DNA of 64,000 nucleotides, from NCBI GenBank assembly GCA_963756595.1, contig CAVWOZ010000032.1:32886-96885 (forward strand), read 5' to 3'. Each line of letters starts with the position of its first letter. The stretch's first letter is position 1. Positions 51,640-60,994 of this stretch are shown in pieces. The position numbers and the translations under genes are program-made. Source of the stretch: an uncultured Acidobacteriota bacterium (lineage in GTDB: Bacteria > Acidobacteriota > Thermoanaerobaculia > Multivoradales > UBA5704). The notes under the pieces were generated by a model. The model saw nothing but the letters and a program-made list of their open reading frames with translations, ran no database searches and had not been told where the DNA came from.

Positions 51640-52245
51640 ATGAAAAAACCACAGCCGGTCACGCTGGAGGGGAACGGCATCCGCCTGGAGCCGCTCACCC
51701 ACGCCCATCAGGAGGAGCTGCGCGCCGCCGCGGCCGACGGCGAGCTCTGGAAGCTCTGGTTCACCGCCGTGCCGGAGCCGGGGCAGACGCACGAGTACAT
51801 CGCGGCCGCGCTCACCGGCCAGGAGACCGGGCACATGCTCCCCTGGGCGGTGCGCGAGCTGGCGAGCGGAAGCATCATCGGCTCGACCCGCTACCACGAC
51901 ATCGTGGCCGCCATCGACCGGGTGGAGATCGGGTACACCTGGTATGCCAAGAGCTGGCAGCGCAGCCACGTCAACACCACCTGCAAGCTCCTGCTGCTCG
52001 CCCACGCCTTCGAGGGGCTGCTCTTCCAGGTGGTCGGCCTGCGCACCGACAACTTCAATTTCGCCTCGCAGCGGGCGATCGAGGGGCTGGGCGCGAAGAA
52101 GGACGGCATCCTCCGCCATCATCAGGCGCGCCGCGACGGCACGGTGCGCGACAGCGTGATGTACAGCATCCTCGCCACGGAATGGCGCGACGTGCGGCGC
52201 TACCTCGAGCTGCGCCTCGCCCGCCACGGCACGGCGCCCCGCTAG
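51640..52245 (+). CDS. GNAT-family N-acetyltransferase (RimJ/RimL-like)
   Basis: 201 aa, Acetyltransf_3-like pattern IRLEPLTHAHQEELRAAA...SGSIIGSTRYHDI. Confidence 0.8.
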   Translation: MKKPQPVTLEGNGIRLEPLTHAHQEELRAAAADGELWKLWFTAVPEPGQTHEYIAAALTGQETGHMLPWAVRELASGSIIGSTRYHDIVAAIDRVEIGYTWYAKSWQRSHVNTTCKLLLLAHAFEGLLFQVVGLRTDNFNFASQRAIEGLGAKKDGILRHHQARRDGTVRDSVMYSILATEWRDVRRYLELRLARHGTAPR

Positions 52246-52284
52246 AGAGGGGCGGGCCGGACCCCGCCGCTCCGTCACCCCCCT

Positions 52285-55200
52285 TCAGAACGCCCCGGTG
52301 TCCGCGATGCTGGCGAGCTGGCCGCTCAGGTTCTTGTAGGTGTCGACCTTGCCGGTCTGCGTGTCGGTGACGGTCACGGTGTACTCGACGTTCGACAGGG
52401 CGCCGTAGAACACCCAGTGGTGGCCGTTGACGGCGGTGCCGTCGAGGACCTTGAGGATCACCTCGACATTGGTGCTGCTGAAGAACCAGAACCAGCCGGT
52501 GTCGCCGCTGAGCGGGACGGCCTGCCCCATGCCGGTGTGCCCCGAGAAGTCCTTCCAGGCGATCTCGACGGCGAAGCGGTTGCCGTTCAGACAGAGCCGG
52601 GTGGAGCTCGGCGCGCAGGCGGCCTTGGCCGCGGCGGGGACGACCCGCTGGCTCGCCAGGGCCACGGGGGAGGGAGCGCCCATCGAGGCGATCGAGGTCA
52701 CCGAGGTTTCGTACGCCCCCAGGGGGCCGAAGGCGTTGGTGTCGGCGACGCTGGCGAGCGTCCCCGAGGGGTTCACGTAGCGGTGGGCGAGGCCCGTCTG
52801 GCTGTCGGTCACCGTCAGCGTGTACTCGACGTTCGAAAGGGCGCCGTAGAACACCCAGACGTGGTCGTTGAGGGTGCGGCCGTCGAGCACCTTGAGCACC
52901 GCCTCGACGTTGCTCTCCGAGAAGAACCAGAAGTAGCCGGTGTCGGGGGTCAGCGCCACGGCGTGCCCCACCCCGCGGTGCCCCTGGAAGTCCTGCCAGG
53001 TGGCCTCGACCGCGTAGCGCCCGCCGCTCAGACAGAGGCGGGTGGAGGTGGGCTGGCAGGCGCCGGAGCCGGTGAGGGGGAGCACCCAGACCTCGCGCCC
53101 GCGCACCCCGTCGTCCGCCGTGAAGTAGAGGTTGCCGCCGGCCACCGTCAGGTGATCCGGGTTCGAGGAGAAGGCCTGCGGCGCGATGTCCTGCACCAGG
53201 CGGGTGCCGGCCGCCGTGCCGTCGCTCTGCCAGAGCTCGACGCCGTGGACGTCGTCGCCGGCGGTGAAGAAGAGCCGGTCCCCCGCCACGGTGAGCCGGG
53301 TCGGCTGCGAGCCGCGCCGTCCGGAATCGATGTCGCGCACCAGCGCCGTGCCATCCGCCGTGCCGTCGCTCGACCACAGCTCGACGCCGTGCACGCCGTC
53401 GTCGACGTTGAAATAGACCTTGCCGGCGAAGGGGACGAGCTGGAGGGGGAGGCTGAACACGTCCTCGAACGGGAAGTCCCGGACCTGGACGGTCCCGGCG
53501 TCCGTGCCATCCGTGCGCCAGAGGCGGAGGCGGGACTCCGAGGTGAAGCCCTCGGTGAAGAAATAGAGCGCCCCGCCGAGAGGAGCGAGCTGGGTCACGA
53601 CGTCCCCCGGGGGGAAGCTCCCCAGCGGGACCGTCCCCGCCGCGGTGCCGTCCGTCTTCCACAGCCGGCCGTCGATCCAGGTGAAGTAGACGCTGGCGCC
53701 GACGACAGTGAACTGGGGGGGCCAGCCGGCCACACCGTTCCCGTTGAAGTGGGTGAGCTGGCGGGTCCCCGCGCTGGTGCCGTCGGTGAACCAGAACTCG
53801 GTGTGGTCGGGGGCGGTCACCGTCTTGAGATAGATCCCGTTCGCCCCCGGCGCCGCCACGTCGACGGCGAGCAGGCTGGCCGGAAGGTCCCCCGTCTGGA
53901 CCGTCCCCTGCGCCGTGCCGTCGCTCCGCCAGATCTTCCCGTCGTCGAAGTAGCAGAGCTTCCCCTGGTAGGGGACGAGGACGGCCTGGCCGGTCAGCTG
54001 AGCGAGCTTGAAGGTCCCCGCGGCGGTGCCGTCGGTCCGCCAGAGCTGGTGGTCGTCGAACGAAGGGCGGACCTGAAAGAAGAGGAGGCCGGCCGCCGGC
54101 ACCAGGTCCGAGGCGTCGCTCCAGTCGAGCCCCGGCACGTTCACCGCGGCCGTGGTCTCCGGCGTCCCCGCGCTCGTCCACAGGCCGGGGAGGGAGATGC
54201 CGTCCCAGGCCGAGAAGACGAGACGGTTGCCGAGCGCGGTCAGGCGGTCGGGCTCGGAGCTCGGCTCCGGGATCGGGAAGGCGGAGACCTGGCGGGTCTT
54301 TCCCGCGGCGTCGCGCACCCAGAGCCCCGGGGCGCCGTCGGTGATCAGGAAGTAGAGGTTGGCGCCGATCGCCGCCACGTCGAGATTGGAGTTGGCCACT
54401 CCGAAGGGGAGGTTGGTGTAGGCCCTGGTGCCCGCCGCGGTCCCGTCGCTGAACCAGATCTGCCGCTCCTGCGGGCCGCGGTCGGTCAGGAAGAGGACGC
54501 CGCCCGGCCAGGGCTGGAAGAAGTCGACGGTGCAGCCGGAGCACAGGTTGAAGGCGTGGCTCCCGGCGGCCGTGCCGTCGGTGACTGCGAGCTTCTGCGC
54601 GGAGCTGCCGGCCGGGGAGACCAGGAAGAAGGCCTTCCCGGCGGCCTCGATCAGCCCGGTGTAGGGATCGAGCCCGCAGCCCGTGCAGTAGGCGAAGGGG
54701 GCGGTCGACTCGGGGGTCCCCGTGCTGGTCCACAGCGGGGCTGGGGAGCGGGGATCGCTGGCGCGGAAGAGCACGACGCCGCCGATCTCCGTCAGGACGT
54801 CCGGCCGGTAGCCGGTGAACGGGGAATCGTTCATCAGGTCGGTCACCCGCACGGTCCCGGTCGTCGTGCCGTCCGAGCGCCAGATCTCGATCCCGTGGAC
54901 CCCATCGTTCGCCAGGAAGTAGACCCGGTTCCCCTCGGCCTTGAGCCAGGTGGAGGAGCCGAACGGGCTGTCGCCCGGGAAGCTGGTCAGCTTCCGGGTT
55001 CCGGCCGCGGTGCCGTCGCTCGTCCACACCTGCTCGCTGCCGCCGTCCCGGGCCAGGAAGAAGAGCCGGCCGCCGGCCGCCGCCACCCCCTCCGGGGCCT
55101 GGTTCGCCCCATCCGCGAACTGCCGCAGCTCGACCGTGCCGTGCGCCGTGCCGTCCGTCACCCAAAGATCGGAGCCCGAAGCGCCGCTCTTCAGGAAATA

Positions 55201-55812
55201 GAGCCGGTCGCCGACCACGAACATCCAGTCGAAGACGTGCGGCGAGTGGTGGACGAGCCGGGTGCCGGCGACCGAGCCGTCGCTCTTCCACAGGTCGCAG
55301 GCCTGGTCGGGACCGGCCGCCGCCGGACAGCCGGAGAAGTAGAGCGCGCCGTGGAAGAACGCCTGATGGGGAATGTCCTGCGCGTTGTAGGTGAAGATGT
55401 TGAGCTCGGGGCCGGTCAGCGCGAAGGTCCCCGGACGGGTGCCGTCCGAGCGCCAGAGCTGGCGCTCGCCGTCATCCCCGTCGACCGCGAAGAGCATCAC
55501 CTTGCCGAGCGCGCCATAGAGGCTGGGCTCGGCGTTGCAGAACCCCGGGCAGAAGTCGCGGAGGATCTCCGTCCCCGCCGACGTGCCGTCGCTGGTCCAC
55601 AGCTCCGTCCCCGCGCCCCCCGCATCCGCCAGGAAGAACAGCCGGTTCCCGGCCGCTTGCAGCCCGAAGCTGTTCACCAGCGGCGAAGTGTCCACGTCGA
55701 GCCGCGTCGAATTGATATCGGAGAGCAGGCTCGCCGGCTGCCCTGCCGCCCAAGCCGGGAGGAAGAGGGCGAGGAGCCCCGCGCAGAGGGTGCTGATCTG
55801 GTGATGCTTCAA
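52285..55812 (-). CDS. Large secreted ELWxxDGT-repeat protein with two copies of a ~110-aa C-terminal domain
   Basis: Signal peptide MKHHQISTLCAGLLALFLPAWAAG. About 20 repeats of the ELWTSDGTSAGTE / LWRSDGTAAGT motif. The C-terminal domain STRLCL.GGR[YF]AVE..W.DF.GH.G.G.AV.L..DTG[YW]FWFFS..NVE...KVLDG...N.H.WVFYGALSNVEY.[LV]TVTD..TG is duplicated. The overlapping + strand ORF 52417-55860 is rejected. Confidence 0.75.
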   Translation of the reverse strand: MKHHQISTLCAGLLALFLPAWAAGQPASLLSDINSTRLDVDTSPLVNSFGLQAAGNRLFFLADAGGAGTELWTSDGTSAGTEILRDFCPGFCNAEPSLYGALGKVMLFAVDGDDGERQLWRSDGTRPGTFALTGPELNIFTYNAQDIPHQAFFHGALYFSGCPAAAGPDQACDLWKSDGSVAGTRLVHHSPHVFDWMFVVGDRLYFLKSGASGSDLWVTDGTAHGTVELRQFADGANQAPEGVAAAGGRLFFLARDGGSEQVWTSDGTAAGTRKLTSFPGDSPFGSSTWLKAEGNRVYFLANDGVHGIEIWRSDGTTTGTVRVTDLMNDSPFTGYRPDVLTEIGGVVLFRASDPRSPAPLWTSTGTPESTAPFAYCTGCGLDPYTGLIEAAGKAFFLVSPAGSSAQKLAVTDGTAAGSHAFNLCSGCTVDFFQPWPGGVLFLTDRGPQERQIWFSDGTAAGTRAYTNLPFGVANSNLDVAAIGANLYFLITDGAPGLWVRDAAGKTRQVSAFPIPEPSSEPDRLTALGNRLVFSAWDGISLPGLWTSAGTPETTAAVNVPGLDWSDASDLVPAAGLLFFQVRPSFDDHQLWRTDGTAAGTFKLAQLTGQAVLVPYQGKLCYFDDGKIWRSDGTAQGTVQTGDLPASLLAVDVAAPGANGIYLKTVTAPDHTEFWFTDGTSAGTRQLTHFNGNGVAGWPPQFTVVGASVYFTWIDGRLWKTDGTAAGTVPLGSFPPGDVVTQLAPLGGALYFFTEGFTSESRLRLWRTDGTDAGTVQVRDFPFEDVFSLPLQLVPFAGKVYFNVDDGVHGVELWSSDGTADGTALVRDIDSGRRGSQPTRLTVAGDRLFFTAGDDVHGVELWQSDGTAAGTRLVQDIAPQAFSSNPDHLTVAGGNLYFTADDGVRGREVWVLPLTGSGACQPTSTRLCLSGGRYAVEATWQDFQGHRGVGHAVALTPDTGYFWFFSESNVEAVLKVLDGRTLNDHVWVFYGALSNVEYTLTVTDSQTGLAHRYVNPSGTLASVADTNAFGPLGAYETSVTSIASMGAPSPVALASQRVVPAAAKAACAPSSTRLCLNGNRFAVEIAWKDFSGHTGMGQAVPLSGDTGWFWFFSSTNVEVILKVLDGTAVNGHHWVFYGALSNVEYTVTVTDTQTGKVDTYKNLSGQLASIADTGAF

Positions 55813-56225
55813 GGTTTCGGCCTCCGGGGAAAGTCTCTAGGGGTGTGGGAGGGATTCTAGCAGAGGCGGGGGGGTGGGTGGCGGGAGGAGACTCGTTGGG
55901 CTTTGCGGAAGCGCAGGATCAAGATACAGATGGTCTCCTCCAGTCGACAGCGCTTGCGTTTGTCAGCTTGGCAGGGCGCAGGGGGCGGATCGGCCGGATG
56001 GGACCGCACTGGCAACCTGTTAGAGCCTTAGTCCTCTGAGTAGGTATCTATAGGCTGCTGGCTAGGCACCCTGAGTCTAGTGTGTTAACTTCTTCGATAT
56101 TAGACACGGTATTTGTACGACGCCAGTGCTGTGGTGGCAACTTTACGAGTTGCACCGGAAGAACGCGATAAATGGCTCTTCAAGTGCGCGGCTAAATAGT
56201 CACGTATTTTTTACGAGGAATCCAA

Positions 56226-57047
56226 ATGAAGCCACTCCTTCGGCGTTTGTACGGCAGAAAAATACCTGCCATCGGTGGCGTTATCGCAAGCTACTTAACT
56301 TTCTCAGTTGGTGTAATCGTGACGGCTCTGTTAGAGAGCTCCAGGCACACTGTCAGCGAAAAATTTACTGACTGGAACAGGTGGAGTGTCTTTTTTATTA
56401 GCGCGGGAATGGTTGTCAGTTGGTTAGCGCTCTTGTTCGTAATGATGCGGGTGGAAGAGTTGCAGCGTACCAATCGGATAAATTTTCAATATTTTGACCG
56501 AAATAGCGGCTTGGGGCGAACCAATCTTCTTAATATGGCTCGCGTGATGGAGGATGGAACCGAGATCTTAACGTTGAATTATTTTAATCGAAAATTCAAG
56601 GGGTTTGATGCTAACACCGAAAGAGTTAGAAAAATGTACTTCGATGTCGTTGAGGATAAGCTCGGTGTGATTAACTATCGCCGCATCATACAGATTTCCC
56701 CCGAAGCTGATCTCAGAAACATGCTTGATGATTCCCATCTTATTCATTTTAGAGCAGTGGTAGATCGTAGGGATGGTGGAGGGTCTGGCCGAGTGCTCCA
56801 ATTAGCTCGGGTGCCTATTAGATATCCATATTCGTTTATTATTTTTAAACGTCCAAATGGCCTGAATTTTCTTTCGTTGGATATCTTTGAGGAAGCGCCA
56901 GACAGTTTTGCTATTGTAGGGTCTCTGCATGTTACCGATCCAGATGGGCAGCTTATCGCTCCCTTCGAGGCTCTGTTCAGAAATCTAGAGAGTCATGCTA
57001 AATGGACCAGTGTTCTTTCTGATCAAATCGCTCAAGATTCGATTTAG
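56226..57047 (+). CDS. Hypothetical membrane protein (2 TM) with cytoplasmic domain of unknown function; low-GC islet
   Basis: GC is ~42% in a ~68% genome. TM helices IGGVIASYLTFSVGVIVTALL and VFFISAGMVVSWLALLFVMM. No recognisable domain in the C-terminal 200 aa. Confidence 0.55.
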   Translation: MKPLLRRLYGRKIPAIGGVIASYLTFSVGVIVTALLESSRHTVSEKFTDWNRWSVFFISAGMVVSWLALLFVMMRVEELQRTNRINFQYFDRNSGLGRTNLLNMARVMEDGTEILTLNYFNRKFKGFDANTERVRKMYFDVVEDKLGVINYRRIIQISPEADLRNMLDDSHLIHFRAVVDRRDGGGSGRVLQLARVPIRYPYSFIIFKRPNGLNFLSLDIFEEAPDSFAIVGSLHVTDPDGQLIAPFEALFRNLESHAKWTSVLSDQIAQDSI

Positions 57048-57127
57048 CCTGTGCGAATTGGATCATTGCCGTGAGTAGGTCTTGGCTGTGCGGCTAGGTC
57101 GCTCTCTCTAATTGGTGGCAGCTAATG

Positions 57128-58048
57128 CTATTCGGTTGCGACGACTAAGCCTCTTTTGTTAATTACGCGAAATCCTTCGTCGGAGGTGACGGTCGCAACA
57201 TTTACGTGTCCTCCTACGCCAGGTATTCCTCCTGGATTCATTATTGTTCCATCTGAGAACCGCTGGATGCCTTCAGTCATTCTTGTCATCAAAACGCAGA
57301 AATCGACAGCATCTTGGAGTGTCATCGTTCCCCAATTGATTATGTACTCCAGTTTGCACAGTTCGGCGTCGATCGCCTTGCCTTGTTCGCGCGCCTCCTT
57401 AACAAAATCGAGAGCATTGATTTCCCCTCCGAAGCCTTTGACGATCCGGGTCAGAACGTCGGTTTGACCGATCCATAGTGAACCACCATGCTCAGTATCT
57501 CTTTCAAGTGTCGGTCCATTGGGGACAAAGTCAACGTAGGCTCTTCCTACCCCATCAGGATCGTACCCGGCAATAATAAAGCTGACAGATTCTATGAACA
57601 ATTGTTTGTCGATGCGTTGGCCATCTTTGTCTGTGTATGAGTAAGGTATCGCAATTTTGTCTAGCGTTTTAAAGGTGAGATTTGTACCACCCTGTGCAAG
57701 TATAGTAGCCTTTAGCGCCTCCTGAATTCTTAGAGCCTCCGGGTTCAAGAAAGTCCTGACGAAATAATCATTTAAAGCTACTGCAACCTCTCTTACTGTT
57801 TTATCTGGCAGTAGATTAGTTCTCCTGAAGTGCTCGACATACCAGCCAGTATTCTTGAATACACCCTTTTCGTCAGGGACGAATGCTCGGCCGGCAATGA
57901 CCAAGCCAATTGTAGGGCTTAGTTGAAAAAGCTTTAATGCGCTATCGGTTCCGATGCGAGTCATCTTGGCGCTGTTTCGGTAGGTTTGCCGACTGTCTGC
58001 GCTGAGCACGATTCCATCGGAGGTTAGACAAGCTAGTGAGAGTGTCAT
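57128..58048 (-). CDS. Proteasome beta-subunit/HslV-like Ntn-hydrolase family protein; low-GC islet
   Basis: MTLSLACLTSDGIVLSADSRQT aligns with TTIVG..DGVVLGADTRAT, with Thr immediately after the initiator Met. SFIIAGYDPDGVGRAYVDFVPNG aligns with the proteasome-beta block AGIIIAGWDP..GGQVYSVP. GC is ~44%. Confidence 0.5.
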   Translation of the reverse strand: MTLSLACLTSDGIVLSADSRQTYRNSAKMTRIGTDSALKLFQLSPTIGLVIAGRAFVPDEKGVFKNTGWYVEHFRRTNLLPDKTVREVAVALNDYFVRTFLNPEALRIQEALKATILAQGGTNLTFKTLDKIAIPYSYTDKDGQRIDKQLFIESVSFIIAGYDPDGVGRAYVDFVPNGPTLERDTEHGGSLWIGQTDVLTRIVKGFGGEINALDFVKEAREQGKAIDAELCKLEYIINWGTMTLQDAVDFCVLMTRMTEGIQRFSDGTIMNPGGIPGVGGHVNVATVTSDEGFRVINKRGLVVATE

Positions 58049-58405
58049 ATAAGTTCTCCTTCGTTAATATGCTATCAGATCTTTCTCGGTCCCTCCTTGT
58101 GCGAGCGGAGTTTCCGGTTCCCCCACGCATGCGCCTGGGCGTCTCTGAAGTTCCTCGCCAACCTTGAATCCGCGTAGCTGCACAACTGGGGATCTCCCAT
58201 CCTGGCCCGCTGAATCCTGCAAAGCTAGCTGCCGCCGCATTGGTCTTGGTAAATCCCCGCCGATTGACGAAGCGCCCGCCGGCACTCAGGGCCTGCGCCG
58301 CGGGGGCCCGGGAGGGGCGGTGGCAGGGCTTGGAGCGACCGGTGCCGGCTTGGCTGCCGGGGTGGGGCCGCAAGGCGTCGAGACCTGGGTGGGCTTCGGC
58401 GCCGG

Positions 58406-58990
58406 CTATGGTGGCTTCCGCCACGGCACGGTTTCGTCCTGATCGAAGACGTCGAACATCTGCTCGAGGAACGACTTCTTGCCGGTCACGAAGACCCCGC
58501 CTTGGAGCTTCCTCAGCAGCACGGGGCGCAGCATCGTCGTCACCTGGAGCGAGACGAGGCAGAAGAGGCCGAGCCAGAGGGTGAGGGCGGCGAGGCGGGA
58601 GCCCAGGGCCTCGAGGGCCTGGCGGAGGAACTTGCGGGCGAGGGCCACCAGCCAGAGGAGGAATTGGAACACCATCGCCGTGGCGAGATGGCGGCTGCTG
58701 GCCGAGAAGAGCCAGGACACGGGGAGGAGGGCGAGGAGCACCATCCCCAGGGTGCCGGCGAAGCCCGCCAGCACGGCGAGGAAGGTGCGCGCGTCCAGCG
58801 CGTCCCCGCCATCGCCGAGAAGACGAAGAGGCTCGGGCTGCAGAGCAGCAGCGTCGGCAGGATGATCAGCGGTGCCTTGAGGGCGGCCACCCGGATCTGC
58901 GGGCCGCTCTGGAAGAAGTCGGCGCCGCGCCGTAGAGCGCCAGAGGAGGACGGAGCCGGCCAGCAGATAACAGGCTGGCGGCCGTTCCCG
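58406..58990 (-). pseudogene. Multi-TM membrane protein remnant (no start, internal frameshift)
   Basis: Hydrophobic frames ...AALKAPLIILPTLLLCSPSLFVFSAMAG and ...FLAVLAGFAGTLGMVLLALLPVSWLF...LWLGLFCLVSLQVTTMLRPVLL are in different phases. No plausible initiator codon. Confidence 0.3.
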
Positions 58991-59002
58991 GGACCACCGC
59001 CC

Positions 59003-59392
59003 TCAAATCGTGGGGCCGCCCCGATTTACCTTGAAATGCTTGAAGTGTGGATCGGTGGTCAGTACAGACAGCCCTCGCCGGTGGGCGACAGTCGCGATGA
59101 CCGCGTCGGTTACTGGCACCGTGACTCCGCGGCGCCGAAGCGCTTGGAGAATCTCACCCGCGTTCTGCCAATCCTCCCGCACGGTCTCGATAAACGGCAG
59201 GCTGGAGAACAAGGTGGTCAAGCGCTGCAACTCCTTGTCCGTCTTGATGCCCTGAAGGAGCTCCGTCAGCACAACTCCGGTCACCACGGCTTGGTCCTTC
59301 CCTAAAAGATCAGCGACAAGTTGGCTGACTTCGTCATCGCCGTACCGAAAGAACTGTATCCAGGCAGAGGTGTCGATGATGACGTTGGCCAT
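59003..59392 (-). CDS. vapC: VapC PIN-domain toxin
   Basis: MANVIIDTSAWIQFF...VVLTELLQG...LTTDPHFKH carries the PIN acidic residues (D, E, D). Confidence 0.85.
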   Translation of the reverse strand: MANVIIDTSAWIQFFRYGDDEVSQLVADLLGKDQAVVTGVVLTELLQGIKTDKELQRLTTLFSSLPFIETVREDWQNAGEILQALRRRGVTVPVTDAVIATVAHRRGLSVLTTDPHFKHFKVNRGGPTI

Positions 59393-59396
59393 CGAC

Positions 59397-59603
59397 TCAG
59401 GCTTCATCGAGCTCGCTCTCGCGAAGCTGGCGCCAGTTGTCCTCGATCTGGAGCCGACCCCGGAGCGCCAGGAGCTCTTCCTTACGGCGCAGTCGAATGA
59501 ACTCCTTGAGCGCATCCCGCACGGCCTGGGTCTTCGTCGTCGCTTTGGTGAGCCGCATGAGGTCAGTAAACAGGCTGTCTTCGATGTGGATCGTGGTTCG
59601 CAT
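59397..59603 (-). CDS. vapB: VapB-family antitoxin
   Basis: 68 aa, MRTTIHIEDSLFTDLMRLTKATTKTQAVRDALKEFIRLRRKEEL, immediately upstream of vapC. Confidence 0.7.
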   Translation of the reverse strand: MRTTIHIEDSLFTDLMRLTKATTKTQAVRDALKEFIRLRRKEELLALRGRLQIEDNWRQLRESELDEA

Positions 59604-59830
59604 ATAGGAAGCTGCCTTTCGTCTGCCAGAGGCTAGCATACTACTTCCTTTTCTCCTGCTGGTCGAAGGTGGCGACAACTGGGCTCTCGACCGAGCTCTG
59701 GGAGTCGTCAGGCTCAGACTGAGCTGGGCCCTCCCTCCCGCCCCCCGGGAGAGGACCCCCCCTACCCGCACAGCGGATGCCGTGAGCTTTGGAGCGGGTA
59801 TACAGTACGCGGCCAGGAGGCAAGCCGCCG

Positions 59831-60973
59831 ATGACCGCTCTCGAAGAACCCGTCAAGGTCCATACGATCGTCGTGGGGGCAGGGCCCGCCGGGCTGGCGA
59901 TGGGGGCTTGCCTCCAGCAGGCCGGGGTGTCGTTTCTGATCCTGGAGCAGGCGGAGCAGGTGGCTGTGGCCTGGCACCGGCACTACGAGCGCCTCCATCT
60001 GCACACGGACAAGAAGCACTCCGAGCTTCCGTTCTTTCCGTTTCCCAAGGAGTATCCGCGCTATCCGTCCCGCGTGCAGGTGATCGACTACCTGGAGGCG
60101 TATGCCCGGCGGTTCCAGCTCGCGCCGCGGCTGGGGCAGCGGGTGGAGTCCGCCCGCCAGGCGAACGGCTCCTGGGAGGTGCAGACGCAGGACAGCCGCT
60201 ACCAGGCCGAGAACCTGGTGATCGCCACCGGCTACAGCCGGGAGCCGCTGGTCGCGACCTGGCCGGGGCAGGAGGCGTTCCAGGGGCGGGTCCTGCACAG
60301 CTCCGAGTACCGGGACGGCGAAAGCTTCCGCGGGCAGAAGGTGCTGGTCGTGGGGTTCGGCAACTCGGGGGGGGAGATCGCCATCGACCTCTGGGAGAAC
60401 GGGGCGGAGACGAGCCTGGCGGTCCGCAGCCCGGTCAACGTCATTCCGCGCGACCTGTTGGGGATCCCCATCCTGGCGCTCGGCATCCTGCAGAGCAGGC
60501 TGCCGCCGCGCTGGGCCGACGCGCTGAACGCGCCGCTGATGCGAATCGTGATGGGGGACCTCACGAAGTACGGGCTGCGCAAGGCGGCGCAGGGGCCGAT
60601 CACCCAGATCCGGCGCACCGCCCGCATCCCGCTGATCGACGTCGGCACGATCGAGCTTATCAAGCAGGGGCAGGTGAAGGTCTACCCCGGGATCGAACGG
60701 TTCACGGATCAGGGGGTCCTGTTCGCCAACGGCGAGCGCCGGAGCTTCGACACCGTGATCCTGGCGACGGGGTATCAGCCGCGGGTCAACGCCTTCCTGC
60801 AGGGGGCCCCGAACGCCTGCGACGACCGCGGCACCCCCCTGTTCAGCGGCGCCGAGGCGCCCCTCCCGGGGCTCTACTTCTGCGGCTTCCACATCTCGCC
60901 GACGGGGATGCTCCGCGAGATCGCCCGGGAGGCGCGGCAGATCAGCGCGGCGATCGCGGCGTCCCACCCGTAG
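59831..60973 (+). CDS. Flavin-containing monooxygenase-like FAD/NAD(P)-binding oxidoreductase
   Basis: Start MTALEEP is preceded by AGGAGG. HTIVVGAGPAGLAMG is the FAD fingerprint, with a second Rossmann KVLVVGFGNSGGEIA, and ATGY near the C-terminus. Confidence 0.75.
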   Translation: MTALEEPVKVHTIVVGAGPAGLAMGACLQQAGVSFLILEQAEQVAVAWHRHYERLHLHTDKKHSELPFFPFPKEYPRYPSRVQVIDYLEAYARRFQLAPRLGQRVESARQANGSWEVQTQDSRYQAENLVIATGYSREPLVATWPGQEAFQGRVLHSSEYRDGESFRGQKVLVVGFGNSGGEIAIDLWENGAETSLAVRSPVNVIPRDLLGIPILALGILQSRLPPRWADALNAPLMRIVMGDLTKYGLRKAAQGPITQIRRTARIPLIDVGTIELIKQGQVKVYPGIERFTDQGVLFANGERRSFDTVILATGYQPRVNAFLQGAPNACDDRGTPLFSGAEAPLPGLYFCGFHISPTGMLREIAREARQISAAIAASHP

Positions 60974-60994
60974 GGTGCGCTGTGCGCACCGCCC

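Noticed and set aside
52417-55860. 1147-aa + strand ORF
   Set aside because: It is antisense to the ELWxxDGT-repeat protein, which has a signal peptide and clear repeats. It has an Arg/Gly/Ala-rich composition and no motifs.
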